A DNA stretch of 41,363 nucleotides, from NCBI GenBank assembly GCA_043803405.1, contig JAZDKB010000033.1, forward strand, positions 1 through 41,363, given 5' to 3'. Origin of the DNA: Spirochaetota bacterium (GTDB lineage: Bacteria > Spirochaetota > UBA4802 > JAFGDQ01). Shown in pieces: positions 1 through 9,916 of this stretch. The notes under the pieces were generated by a model. It did not search any database. It saw nothing but the letters and a program-made list of their open reading frames with translations, and was not told the DNA's origin. Both the position numbers and the translations under genes were made by a program. Within the stretch, counting starts at the first letter, position 1. Each line of letters starts with the position of its first letter.

Positions 1-139
1 TATCTGATTTACTGTTAAATTCTTAAAATCTATCTGCTTTAACAGTTCTTCTACTATTTCTTTTCCTTCAGCCATTTTCTTCTCCTCTGTCTTCAATTAT
101 TTATTCTATGGCTGTTTACACAATCTTTTTTACACTCTC
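1..139 (-). mobile_element. IS256-family insertion sequence, left end and transposase N-terminus (truncated by window edge)
   Basis: Reverse complement begins GAGAGTGTAAAAAAGATTGTGTAAACAG, an IS256-type terminal repeat. RBS AGAGGAG and ATG at 75 encode MAEGKEIVEELLKQIDFKNLTVNQI. Identical to 41224-41362. Confidence 0.8.
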
Positions 140-280
140 ACTGCGACATTGTGAAAGCCACATTAGTCTCTGTTCAGGACTCAGCCGCTCGAATTCAGTA
201 TGCCCGTCAAAATCCGAGTCCGGAATATCCTTAAGGAATTCAATGAAATTATCCGTATTGTTTTGATTAACTGTCTTCAT
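116..280 (-). pseudogene. small hypothetical protein interrupted by the IS at codon 47
   Basis: Manual translation MKTVNQ...DFDGHTEFERLSPEQRLMWLSQCRS runs into the IS end at 139 and stops inside it. Confidence 0.5.
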
Positions 281-283
281 AAA

Positions 284-385
284 TCAATGCTCGACCCCAT
301 GCAGCACAAGAGCTACTCCGCCGCCTATAATAAAATCTACATTACATTTTGAAAGAGTTTTAATTATTTTCAGTAAATGATTCAT
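284..385 (-). pseudogene. truncated nucleotidyltransferase-like N-terminal fragment (33 aa)
   Basis: Manual translation MNHLLKIIKTLSKCNVDFIIGGGVALVLHGVEH* resembles the 'IIGGxAxxxHG' start of minimal nucleotidyltransferases. It stops before the DxD motif. Confidence 0.5.
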
Positions 386-615
386 CTTTTAACGGATATA
401 TGCAGTTTTAAGAAGTATCAATATAAGAGAATGAATTGTCAATATTAATCTTAATTTTGTTTTTGTTATCAAATAAACAGCACAGCCGGACAAAGACTGG
501 ACAAATAAAAGATCATATAAATACATAGTCAGGTTTTTATCTTGAAATTTTAAAATATTCAAATAGAGTGAATAATTAATTTTATATTATTGATAGTTAG
601 CACAGGAGTCCTTTC

Positions 616-993
616 ATGAAGAAAGAAATAATAAATACAAATAATGCACCTGCGCCCGTAGGGCCGTATTCGCAGGCTGTAAAAGCAAACGGTTTTATTT
701 TCGTATCCGGGTGTATACCGTTAACTCCGGATACGAACGAAATAGTCAGTGATGTAAAAGAAGCTGCAAGATTGGTATTTTCAAATTTAAAAAATATTCT
801 TGAAGCAGGCGGCTCAGATTTCAGCAAGGTTGTAAAAGTAACAATATTTTTATCCGACATGTCCATGTTTCAGGAAGTAAATAAAATATACTCGGAGTTT
901 GCTGTTGAGCCATTTCCGGCGCGCTCAACTATTGCTGTAAAAGAATTGCCGGGTTCTGTCTGTATAGAAGCGGATGCAATTGCGCTGGCATAA
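616..993 (+). CDS. ridA: RidA/YjgF enamine-imine deaminase
   Basis: APAPVGPYSQAV, FVSG, VVKVTIFL and PARS motifs. RBS AGGAG. Confidence 0.92.
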   Translation: MKKEIINTNNAPAPVGPYSQAVKANGFIFVSGCIPLTPDTNEIVSDVKEAARLVFSNLKNILEAGGSDFSKVVKVTIFLSDMSMFQEVNKIYSEFAVEPFPARSTIAVKELPGSVCIEADAIALA

Positions 994-1070
994 AAGTGAA
1001 TTGATTATTGAAATCAGCATCGCATATTAAAAAAATTTATTTAAAAATTTAATTTTAGATGATAATTTTA

Positions 1071-1129
1071 TTGACAGAAATCGGGGGGTTTGTTTAATTA
1101 CTACTAATTATATTGATTTAATAGTAATT
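1071..1129 (+). promoter_or_regulatory. sigma70-like promoter with overlapping inverted repeat (possible operator) upstream of metY
   Basis: TTGACA at 1071, TTTAAT at 1093, and inverted repeat AATTACTA-N18-TAGTAATT at 1096-1129. Confidence 0.45.
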
Positions 1130-1155
1130 ATATAATAATTACCGGGGGATATTTT

Positions 1156-2460
1156 ATGAAGGATAAAAACGCTGCATTAAAATTTGAAACCCTTGCGCTT
1201 CACGCCGGGCAGAAGCCTGATCCGACAACCTTATCGCGGGGAGTGCCTGTATACAGGACAAGCTCTTATGTATTTAAGAGCATTGAACATGCTGCAAATC
1301 TTTTTGCGTTAAAAGAACTCGGTAATATTTACACAAGATTAATGAACCCGACGCACGCTGTGCTTGAAGACCGCATAACGGCGCTTGAGGGCGGGGCAGC
1401 TTCGGTCGCAGTCGCGTCCGGTACAAGCGCGATACATTATGCTGTCATTACAATTGCCGGACATGGAGATGAGATAGTATCTGCCAATAATCTTTATGGC
1501 GGCACATACACTATGTTCGATGCTATTTTCCAGCAGTTCGGCATTATTACGAAGTTTGTCGATCCGAAAGATCCAGGGAATTTCGAGAAGGCGATAACAA
1601 AGAAAACGAAGCTTATATTTATTGAAACTATCGGTAACCCGGTTCTGGATTTTACCGATATAAAAGCTGTGGCTGACATAGCGCACGCGCATGGTCTGCC
1701 GTTAATAGCAGATGCGACCTTCACTACACCTTACCTGCTTAAGACAATTGATTACGGCGCAGATATAGTGATCAATTCGCTTACAAAGTGGATAGGCGGG
1801 CATGGTTCCGCCATAGGCGGAATTATGACGGATTCCGGACGCTTTAACTGGAAAAGCGATAAGTTCCCGCTGCTTAACGATCCCGATCCGAACTATCACG
1901 GGCTAAGATGGGCGCACGATCTTCCTGAGCCGCTTGCCCCTATTGCATTTGCGCTTCGTTTCCGTACAGTGCCGCTACGGAATCTCGGCGCAGCAATATC
2001 GCCGGACAATGCGTGGATATTCATTCAGGGAGCGGAGACCCTGCCGTTAAGAATGCAGAGACATTCTGAAAATGCTTTAAAGGTTGCGGAATTCATGAAG
2101 AAAGATAAGCGGGTCGCATGGGTGCGCTATCCTGGTCTTAAGGATGATCCGTCATATACGACAGCGTCGAAATATCTTAAGAACGGATACGGCGGAATGG
2201 TTGTGTTCGGCATAAAAGGCGGATTCGAAGCAGGCAAAAAGTTCGTGGAAGCATTGAAGCTCTTTTCGCATTTGGCGAACGTGGGCGACGCAAAGTCGCT
2301 TGTGCTGCATCCTGCTAGCACATCGCATTCGCAGCTTACTGAGCAGCAGCAGAGAGACAGCGGCTTAACGCCCGATCTTATCAGGCTCTCGATAGGCATT
2401 GAGCATATTGACGATATACTGTCGGATATTGAACAGGCTTTGGAAAAGGCAGTTGAATAA
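1156..2460 (+). CDS. metY: O-acetylhomoserine aminocarboxypropyltransferase (sulfhydrylase)
   Basis: FETLALHAGQ, GNIYTRLMNPT, SLTKWIGGHG (PLP Lys) and HLANVGDAKSL. Confidence 0.93.
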   Translation: MKDKNAALKFETLALHAGQKPDPTTLSRGVPVYRTSSYVFKSIEHAANLFALKELGNIYTRLMNPTHAVLEDRITALEGGAASVAVASGTSAIHYAVITIAGHGDEIVSANNLYGGTYTMFDAIFQQFGIITKFVDPKDPGNFEKAITKKTKLIFIETIGNPVLDFTDIKAVADIAHAHGLPLIADATFTTPYLLKTIDYGADIVINSLTKWIGGHGSAIGGIMTDSGRFNWKSDKFPLLNDPDPNYHGLRWAHDLPEPLAPIAFALRFRTVPLRNLGAAISPDNAWIFIQGAETLPLRMQRHSENALKVAEFMKKDKRVAWVRYPGLKDDPSYTTASKYLKNGYGGMVVFGIKGGFEAGKKFVEALKLFSHLANVGDAKSLVLHPASTSHSQLTEQQQRDSGLTPDLIRLSIGIEHIDDILSDIEQALEKAVE

Positions 2461-2503
2461 GTATAAAAGATATATATATAATATCTTAAAAATAGGTTTT
2501 GTT

Positions 2504-2643
2504 TACTGATAAAATGAAATACATAACAAAATTTTCTGCGGAATCAGGTCTTCACCGTTATTTTTTTAATGTTTTTGAGCATCATTGCTTCAGACCTGAA
2601 AGGCGTCCTCAAAAATTTTGTTATGTATTTCATTTTATCAGTA
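2504..2643. repeat. MITE-like element with perfect 32-bp inverted arms
   Basis: TACTGATAAAATGAAATACATAACAAAATTTT at 2504-2535 and its exact reverse complement at 2612-2643. Inner TCAGGTCT/AGACCTGA pair. Confidence 0.8.
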
Positions 2644-2700
2644 TTTTATCGCTAATTACATCTGAGTAGTCATTAAAAATTATTATGGAGGATAATAGTT

Positions 2701-3669
2701 ATGACAAATATATATGATGATAACAGTTTAAGCATAGGCAATACGCCGCTGATAAAAATAAACAGGATTGCAGCAGGGCTTCCTGCGACAATACTTGTTA
2801 AGATAGAAGGCCGCAACCCGGCCTATTCTGTAAAGTGCCGCCTGGGCGCAGCAATGATCTGGGCGGCAGAGAAACAGGGCAGGTTGAAACCCGGCAACAA
2901 AGACGTTACCATAATAGAACCGACGAGCGGGAACACGGGCATTGCGCTCGCCTATGTTGCAGCAGTGCGCCAGTATCCGCTGATCCTTACGATGCCGGAA
3001 ACAATGTCGATTGAGCGCAGAAAGATGCTCAAGGCTTTTGGAGCGGAACTTATCCTTACAGAGGGAGCAAAAGGAATGCCGGGTGCAATAGCCAAGGCAG
3101 AGGAAATTGCTAAAAGCGATCCCAAAAAGTATTATATTCCGCAGCAGTTTAATAATCCTGCTAATCCGGAGATACATTTTAAAACTACCGGGCCGGAAAT
3201 ATGGAACGATACTGACGGCAAAGTTGATATTTTCGTAGCCGGCGTGGGCACAGGCGGGACTATTACAGGTGTAACCAATTACATTAAGAATGAAAAGAAA
3301 AAAGCGATCCGGTCTGTTGCAGTTGAGCCGGCCGCATCGCCGGTGCTGACTCAGATCCGTAACGGGGAGCAGCCCAGGCCGGGGCCGCATAAGATTCAGG
3401 GCATTGGCGCTGGTTTTAAGCCCGATGTGCTTGATCTTTCCCTGATTGACGAGATCGCGGCAGTATCAAATGAAGAAGCAATTGAAATGGCAAAGCGGCT
3501 TCACAGGGAAGAAGGCATCACAGTCGGGATATCGAGCGGCGCTGCAATGAGCGCTGCTGTAAATATTGCGGCTAAGAAAGAGAATAAGGGGAAAATTATC
3601 GTTGTAATTTTACCTGACTCCGGCGAACGCTATCTTTCCAGTGTGCTTTTTGAAGACATCAGCGCGTGA
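2701..3669 (+). CDS. cysK: cysteine synthase A
   Basis: [15 protein letters not shown] (PLP Lys), [22 protein letters not shown] and DSGERYLS. Confidence 0.95.
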   Translation: MTNIYDDNSLSIGNTPLIKINRIAAGLPATILVKIEGRNPAYSVKCRLGAAMIWAAEKQGRLKPGNKDVTIIEPTSGNTGIALAYVAAVRQYPLILTMPETMSIERRKMLKAFGAELILTEGAKGMPGAIAKAEEIAKSDPKKYYIPQQFNNPANPEIHFKTTGPEIWNDTDGKVDIFVAGVGTGGTITGVTNYIKNEKKKAIRSVAVEPAASPVLTQIRNGEQPRPGPHKIQGIGAGFKPDVLDLSLIDEIAAVSNEEAIEMAKRLHREEGITVGISSGAAMSAAVNIAAKKENKGKIIVVILPDSGERYLSSVLFEDISA

Positions 3670-3721
3670 TTCTGTCAGGGAATCTTTTCGAGTATAATAT
3701 AAAGTAAATATTGCAATTAAT

Positions 3722-3814
3722 AATTTACCACAGAGTCACAGAGTTTTTTCTTGGTTGTTATCATAAAAATAATTATTATAACTTCTTTGTGACTCCCTGC
3801 CTCTGTGGTAAATT
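3722..3814. repeat. REP-like inverted repeat (ACCACAGAGxCACAGAG type)
   Basis: AATTTACCACAGAG at 3722-3735 and CTCTGTGGTAAATT at 3801-3814. Inner GAGTCACA/TGTGACTC. Confidence 0.7.
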
Positions 3815-3874
3815 TACTTTGAATTTATCCGGTCAGGAAAGCAGTTTTTGATTATAGTCGGATTATGGTGAATT

Positions 3875-5017
3875 ATGAAATACAATACAAAAATACTGCA
3901 CGGAGCAGCGGACAGGGATCCTTTTACGGGCGCTCTCAGCATCCCGATTTATCCTGCTTCGACGTATCATCAGAAGGACGTGAGCAAGGTACAGGAATAT
4001 TTGTATTCGCGTTCGGGGAACCCTACGCGAGGCGCACTCGAGGAAATAGTTGCTTCTCTTGAAGGCGGCGCAGCAGGGTTCGCGTTTGCCTCCGGAGTTG
4101 CTGCGATCACGGCAGCAATAACAGCTGTTGCCGGATCAGGCGACCATATAATCGCTACAAAGGATATTTACGGCGGCACATACCGCCTGCTCACAAGCTA
4201 TCTAAACAGGTTTGGCATAACTCATACTTTCGTGGATACTTCCAATCCGGAAGAAGTTAAGCAGGCGATACAAAAAAATACATGCGTGTTGTTTCTGGAA
4301 AGTCCGTCAAATCCTCTTTTAAAGATAATCGATTTTGAAGCAATGGCTGAAATAGCAAAGAAACATAATCTTGTAAGTATTCTTGACAATACATTTCTTT
4401 CACCGTATTTTTTTCGTCCTATTGAATTCGGCATCGATATGAGCATTCACAGCGCTACAAAGTTTCTCGGAGGACACAGCGATCTGATTGCCGGCGCTGT
4501 AATAACGCGGACAAAGGAACTGGGGGATAAAGTACACGCTGTGCAGAACACTACAGGCAATATGCTTAGTCCGGAGAATTCGTGGCTTCTTATGCGTGGG
4601 ATAAAAACACTTCGCGCACGCATGACAATACAGGCTGAAAGCGCGATGAAAATTGCGGACTGGCTTAACAAACAAAAGTGGGTAAAGAAAACATATTATC
4701 CGGGGCTGCCGGATCACCCCGGGCATGATATTATTAAAAGACAGGCAGACGGGTTCGGCGCTGTGGTTTCATTCGAAACGGACAGCGTTGAACGCGCTTT
4801 CGCCATAATGAAGAACGTCCGTTACTGGACTGTAGCAGTATCGCTTGGAGGCGTTGAATCGATCCTCTCGTATCCGGCAAGGATGTCGCATTTTGCGATA
4901 CCTGTGAAAGAGAGGCTTGCTCTTGGAATTTCAAACGAGCTTCTGCGTTTATCTATCGGGCTTGAGGACGCGGAAGATCTGATTGAAGATATTGAGCAAA
5001 GCGCGGAAATGATTTAG
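3875..5017 (+). CDS. cystathionine beta-lyase / gamma-synthase family PLP enzyme (MetC/MetB-like)
   Basis: YSRSGNPTR, ESPSNPLL, HSATKFLGGHSD and AVSLGGVESI. Confidence 0.9.
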   Translation: MKYNTKILHGAADRDPFTGALSIPIYPASTYHQKDVSKVQEYLYSRSGNPTRGALEEIVASLEGGAAGFAFASGVAAITAAITAVAGSGDHIIATKDIYGGTYRLLTSYLNRFGITHTFVDTSNPEEVKQAIQKNTCVLFLESPSNPLLKIIDFEAMAEIAKKHNLVSILDNTFLSPYFFRPIEFGIDMSIHSATKFLGGHSDLIAGAVITRTKELGDKVHAVQNTTGNMLSPENSWLLMRGIKTLRARMTIQAESAMKIADWLNKQKWVKKTYYPGLPDHPGHDIIKRQADGFGAVVSFETDSVERAFAIMKNVRYWTVAVSLGGVESILSYPARMSHFAIPVKERLALGISNELLRLSIGLEDAEDLIEDIEQSAEMI

Positions 5018-5089
5018 CGTATAATAATGATGTTTATTTTATAGATTGTTTCGGAATGTAGGGATAACAAAAATTAATGATAGGGGTGA

Positions 5090-5402
5090 GGCTGCCTCAC
5101 GCTAATTATTTTAGTTGTAAATTGGATATGCTCCCAGCCCCCTAACCCCCTGAAGGGGGCATAATTTGGAAGAAATTGAATCGACAATATTTATTTTTAG
5201 TGATTAAAAAGTTTAAAGCAACGAATAAAGAGTAAAAATATCAGATAATGTAATACATCTGATTAAAGATATAAGATATAATATGAATATTTTCCCGAAT
5301 GTGCCCCCTTCAGGGGGTTAGGGGGCAGAAAGGGCAATGACGATTATATGCAAGTATGGTTGCCAAAAGCAAATAATAACAGATATTTAGCATGAGACAG
5401 CC
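5090..5402. repeat. nested inverted-repeat element (MITE-like shell around a REP doublet)
   Basis: Outer arms GGCTGCCTCACGCTAA (5090) and TTAGCATGAGACAGCC (5387) match 14/16. Inner perfect 25-bp arms GCCCCCTAACCCCCTGAAGGGGGCA at 5137-5161 and 5302-5326. Confidence 0.75.
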
Positions 5403-5516
5403 CAGGGGGATATGGGTGAGGACATTCCCAAAAGAGCACTTCATATTTATGAGATGGTTTTAATATATTTATGAATTACTATAAAAAAACAAACAAAGGC
5501 AAAGGGATAGTATCAG

Positions 5517-6503
5517 ATGATTAAATTTTTAAATGAATTAATGAATAAAGTAATCGGCGGGCACGAGATAGATAAAGACGAAGCCATGTCCATTTTATCA
5601 GTGAAGAATGAAGATGTTCCGTTTTTGCTGGGATGTACTTCTGCGATCAGGAATCGTTTCTGTGGGAACACACTGAATTTCTGCGCCATACTGAACGCGA
5701 AGTCCGGCAATTGCGTTAATGACTGCGCTTACTGCGCCCAGTCAAGCTATCACCGCGCCTCGGTGAAAACTTATCCGCTGGTGAGCGCAGACGAAATGCT
5801 GAACGCTGCAGTCCAGGCGCATCAGATAAACGCTTCCTGCTTCGGGATCGTTACAAGCGGCGAGACTGTATCCAGTACTGCCGAACAGGAGATCATGGTT
5901 AGAAGCATATCATTAATAAAGTCGCGATACCCGGAAATGGATGTTAGTGTTTCCATAGGAAAAATAACCAGGCAGTTTCTGAGACAGCTGATTGATGCAG
6001 GCCTGAATACAGTGCACCATAACCTGGAAACCTCGGCGCGTCATTATGCAAATATCTGCACAACACGTTCTTTTAACGAGAAACTGGATTTTTTAAATTT
6101 GTTAAAAGATGAAAAGGTTAAGGTTTGCTGCGGAGGTATTCTGGGTTTAGGCGAAACTTTAGAGGATCAGGTTGACATGGCTTTTACTCTCCGCTCACTT
6201 AGAGTGAACAGGGTGCCGCTGAATTTTTTAAATCCGATACCTGGCACAAAACTTGAAAACATGAAACAGAAAACTCCGCTGGAAAATTTAAGATCGATTG
6301 CCCTTTTCAGGTTCGCGCTTCCGGAGAAACACATTCAGGTTTGCGGAGGCCGTGAACTAAATTTCAGGTCATTACAGCCTGCCATTTTCTGGGCAGGTGC
6401 CGATGGCATGATGGTCGGGAATTATCTGACAACCGCGGGGCAGGACCCGAAAGCCGATTTGCAGATCATCAATGATTTGAATATGACGGTTGTTTCTAAT
6501 TAA
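5517..6503 (+). CDS. bioB: biotin synthase (radical SAM)
   Basis: NAKSGNCVNDCAYCAQS (CxxxCxxC), HHNLET, CCGGILGLGE, VPLNFLNPIPGT and GNYLTT. Confidence 0.95.
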   Translation: MIKFLNELMNKVIGGHEIDKDEAMSILSVKNEDVPFLLGCTSAIRNRFCGNTLNFCAILNAKSGNCVNDCAYCAQSSYHRASVKTYPLVSADEMLNAAVQAHQINASCFGIVTSGETVSSTAEQEIMVRSISLIKSRYPEMDVSVSIGKITRQFLRQLIDAGLNTVHHNLETSARHYANICTTRSFNEKLDFLNLLKDEKVKVCCGGILGLGETLEDQVDMAFTLRSLRVNRVPLNFLNPIPGTKLENMKQKTPLENLRSIALFRFALPEKHIQVCGGRELNFRSLQPAIFWAGADGMMVGNYLTTAGQDPKADLQIINDLNMTVVSN

Positions 6504-6686
6504 TCCTGATAAACAATAGCATTTAGGCTTGAAATAGTGTTTCGGAATGTTCCGCATAGATCGCGGAACATTCCGCTAAGAGCGTGGGACATCCTGCTAA
6601 GAATATCGGAGTGTACTGCCAGGAAGGCAGGCAGTGGTTCACTGTATTTTCCTGTAACAATAAAACAAAAAACAACACAGAGATTC

Positions 6687-8456
6687 ATGAATACAAATTC
6701 AGTTGGAACAGTAAAAACAGAAATTATAAAGATAAATCTGCCCGCGGAAGGCTTTAAGCCTGAGAAAGGCGGCGTGCTGCCTGAGCTGCATGTCGCGTTC
6801 GAGAAATACGGCGCTTTGTCTGCAAATAAAGACAACGTGATACTGATATGCCATGCGCTGTCGGGTGACGCGCACGCTGCAGGGTTCCATGAACAGGAAG
6901 GAAACAAGCAGGGCTGGTGGGATGTAATGATAGGCCCGGGCAAAGGAATTGATACTAATAGATTCCACGTGATCTGTTCGAATATTCTCGGCGGATGCAA
7001 AGGGACAACCGGCCCGTCATCAATAAATCCTGAAACAGGCAGGCAGTATGCGGCCGATTTTCCGGAAATTACGATCGGGGACATGGTGCGTGTGCAGAAG
7101 CTTCTGCTGAACGAACTCGGCATTGACAGGCTGTTCGGTGTAATAGGAGGCTCTGCCGGCGGGCTGCAGGTGCTGGACTGGTGCGTGCGATACCCGGACA
7201 CTGTTGCGAACGCGGTGTGCATTGCTTCTGCCGAACATCTTTCCGCGCAGGCGCTCTCGTTCGACATCATAGCAAGAAACATTATAATGGCTGACCCGAA
7301 ATGGAACAGCGGGCAATACTACGACAGTGAAATGCCGGAAAGCGGGCTGTCGCTCGCGCGAATGATAGGACACATCACTTATCTTTCAAAGGAATCGATG
7401 GATGAAAAATTCGGCCGCGAAAGACATGACGGGCAGGACAAGGGAATATTCGATACGGACTTCCAGGTTGAAAGGTATCTCGATCATCAGGGTGAAAGCT
7501 TTGTGGAAAGATTCGATGCGAACTCGTTTTTGTATATCACATCGGCAATGGATTCGTTTTCAATCTCCGAGTCCGGAGCATCGTTCGAAGAGGCGTTCGC
7601 AGGAGTAAAGACAAAATTCATGATACTTTCAGTGTCTTCCGACTGGCTATATCCTGCTGAACAGTCAAAGGAACTTGCCGGGAAGCTTTTGCGCGCGGGG
7701 AAGACGGTGACATATTGCAACCTGAGTTCGCCGTACGGGCACGACGCGTTCCTGCTCGAGAACAGCGACCTTTCCAATCTGATATCATCGTGTTTTTCCG
7801 GGTATGATAGTCTCAGCTGCGACGGTTTGCTAAATGATCCGGATGCTGAAAGGGATTACGGCATCATAAGCCGCATGATTAAAAGAGGCAGCAAGGTGCT
7901 CGATCTGGGCTGCGGGGACGGCTCTGTTCTTTGCAAAGCCGGACTGGAAGGCGCGTTCAGCGGCCAGGGTGTGGATGTTGATTTTAACAAAATAATCGAA
8001 AGCACTAAAAAGAATGTTCCGGTTTTTCAGATGAATATTGATGAAGGACTGGATATGATACCGGACAACTTTTATGATTACGCGATCCTTAACAGGACGC
8101 TTCTTGAGGTTCACAGGCCTTATCTTGTGCTAGGCGAGATGATACGCGTCGCACGCACAGGCATCGTTTCTTTCACGAATTTCGCGAGCTGGAGGCACAG
8201 GCTGAGGCTAAATATACGCGGCCGCATGCCTGTATCAAAGGAACTGCCGTATAGCTGGTACGATACGCCGAATATACATTTTCTTACCCTGAAGGATTTC
8301 AGGGTCTTCTGCAACGAAAAAGGAATTGAAATACTGGAAATAACATGTATTCCTGACGGTATTATCAGCAGGATTTTTATTTTAATCGGGCTGAAAAATC
8401 TCGGCGCAGACCGCGTTATTGCAGGAATTAAAAGGAAGATTAGTCAAGTTGGATGA
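6687..8456 (+). CDS. metX: homoserine O-acetyltransferase fused to a MetW-like methyltransferase domain
   Basis: LICHALSGDAH, GGSAGG nucleophile elbow and GHDAFLLE. C-terminal VLDLGCGDG...PYSWYDTPNIH is MetW-like. Start moved to ATG 6687 because the 50 extra codons from GTG 6537 overlap a hairpin-rich leader. Confidence 0.88.
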   Translation: MNTNSVGTVKTEIIKINLPAEGFKPEKGGVLPELHVAFEKYGALSANKDNVILICHALSGDAHAAGFHEQEGNKQGWWDVMIGPGKGIDTNRFHVICSNILGGCKGTTGPSSINPETGRQYAADFPEITIGDMVRVQKLLLNELGIDRLFGVIGGSAGGLQVLDWCVRYPDTVANAVCIASAEHLSAQALSFDIIARNIIMADPKWNSGQYYDSEMPESGLSLARMIGHITYLSKESMDEKFGRERHDGQDKGIFDTDFQVERYLDHQGESFVERFDANSFLYITSAMDSFSISESGASFEEAFAGVKTKFMILSVSSDWLYPAEQSKELAGKLLRAGKTVTYCNLSSPYGHDAFLLENSDLSNLISSCFSGYDSLSCDGLLNDPDAERDYGIISRMIKRGSKVLDLGCGDGSVLCKAGLEGAFSGQGVDVDFNKIIESTKKNVPVFQMNIDEGLDMIPDNFYDYAILNRTLLEVHRPYLVLGEMIRVARTGIVSFTNFASWRHRLRLNIRGRMPVSKELPYSWYDTPNIHFLTLKDFRVFCNEKGIEILEITCIPDGIISRIFILIGLKNLGADRVIAGIKRKISQVG

Positions 8457-8550
8457 CTTTATTATTATTGGATAATGAAGATTATCCCGGAAAGATTTGA
8501 TTACTAAAAAAATCAACCAAGTTGAGAAGATGATTTAGGGAAAGGAATAT

Positions 8551-9000
8551 ATGAAACTATCAACGCGTTCGAGATACGGTATGCGTCTTATGCTTGCACT
8601 TGCGCTTAGCGATAAAAAAGGCCCGGTTTTTCTAAAGGACATAGCGCGCTCTGAACAAATATCAGAAAAGTATCTCAGCCTAATAATGATCCCGCTTAAG
8701 GCAAAAGGCCTTGTAAACACATTCAGGGGGGCGCATGGCGGATATGTTTTAAGCAGGCCGGCATCGGAGATTAAGCTCCTGGATATCATTGAACCGCTGG
8801 AAGGAGAAATTACTCTTGTCGATTGCGTTAAAAAGCCGGATATATGCGGCAGATCGGACGAATGCGCAACGCGCGATGTCTGGGACGAGATGAGCTCTTT
8901 GCTGTCGGACTTTCTCGGAACATATACCCTGGAAGATTTAATAAAAAAACATAATAAAAGAAAAAAGAATGCGCGCCCGGGAACGGATTATTCGATATAA
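8551..9000 (+). CDS. Rrf2-family transcriptional regulator (IscR/CymR-like, three Cys)
   Basis: MKLSTRSRYG, ISEKYL, RGAHGGYVL and C-x6-C-x5-C. Confidence 0.92.
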   Translation: MKLSTRSRYGMRLMLALALSDKKGPVFLKDIARSEQISEKYLSLIMIPLKAKGLVNTFRGAHGGYVLSRPASEIKLLDIIEPLEGEITLVDCVKKPDICGRSDECATRDVWDEMSSLLSDFLGTYTLEDLIKKHNKRKKNARPGTDYSI

Positions 9001-9010
9001 AAAATTTAAC

Positions 9011-9835
9011 ATGTTAAAAATTAATATTGAAGATAAACTCGAAAAGCTTAAAAATAATATTGTAAGATACGATAAAGCCGCTGTCGCTTTTTCAGGCGGC
9101 GTTGATTCCGCGTTTCTACTTGCCGTGTGCGCAGATATTCTTAAGAAAGATAAACTGGTCGCGATAACCGCTTCCTCGGAAACATATACCGCATTGGAAC
9201 TTGTTTCCGCAAGGGAGTTCGCAAACAGGATCGGCGTGCGTCATTCTATTTTACAAACCGATGAGCTAAGCGATCCGGTCTTTTTGTCCAATCCGGAAGA
9301 CCGCTGTTATGTATGTAAAAAAAGTTTCTACTCAAAGGCGATTGCTTTTATAAAAGATATGGGCATAAGCGTACTTCTTGACGGAACAAACGCAGACGAT
9401 TCGTCCGATTACAGGCCGGGTTACGCTGCAGCGCGCGAACTCGGCATAATAAGCCCCCTGATGCAGGAAGGATTCACCAAGGATGATATACGTACTTATT
9501 CGAAGAAGATGAATTTGCCGTCGTGGGATAAGCCTGCAAATCCATGCCTCGCGAGCAGGATACCTTACGGTAACGCGATCACCAAAGAGAAGCTGCAAGC
9601 AATTGCAAAAGCTGAAGAATTTATCCGGTCACTGGGGTTTAATATAGTCCGCGTCCGGCATCATGACAGATTAGCGCGCATCGAGATACCGGCGTCTGGT
9701 CTGCTTCGCTTTATGCAGGATGATAATAGAAAGCAGGTTGATCAGTATCTGAAAAGCCTTGGCTTTATCTGGATCGCTGTGGATATTGAAGGATACAGGA
9801 CAGGCAGTTTAAACAGTGCAATCGGGGGCGTATAA
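9011..9835 (+). CDS. larE: ATP-dependent sulfur transferase, LarE family
   Basis: AFSGGVDS PP-loop, NPEDRCYVCK, DYRPG, CLASRIPYG and RVRHH. ATG 9011 chosen as start. Confidence 0.88.
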   Translation: MLKINIEDKLEKLKNNIVRYDKAAVAFSGGVDSAFLLAVCADILKKDKLVAITASSETYTALELVSAREFANRIGVRHSILQTDELSDPVFLSNPEDRCYVCKKSFYSKAIAFIKDMGISVLLDGTNADDSSDYRPGYAAARELGIISPLMQEGFTKDDIRTYSKKMNLPSWDKPANPCLASRIPYGNAITKEKLQAIAKAEEFIRSLGFNIVRVRHHDRLARIEIPASGLLRFMQDDNRKQVDQYLKSLGFIWIAVDIEGYRTGSLNSAIGGV

Positions 9836-9916
9836 GCATCTTCAATTATAAGTATCCTTATCTATAGTCATTGACTTATAAAAATATTTTATAATTATTT
9901 ATTGTGATTTAATAAA

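Noticed and set aside
6620..6645. SRP RNA or cobalamin riboswitch (CAGGAAGGCAG)
   Set aside because: Only a few bases match. The surrounding conserved cores are missing.
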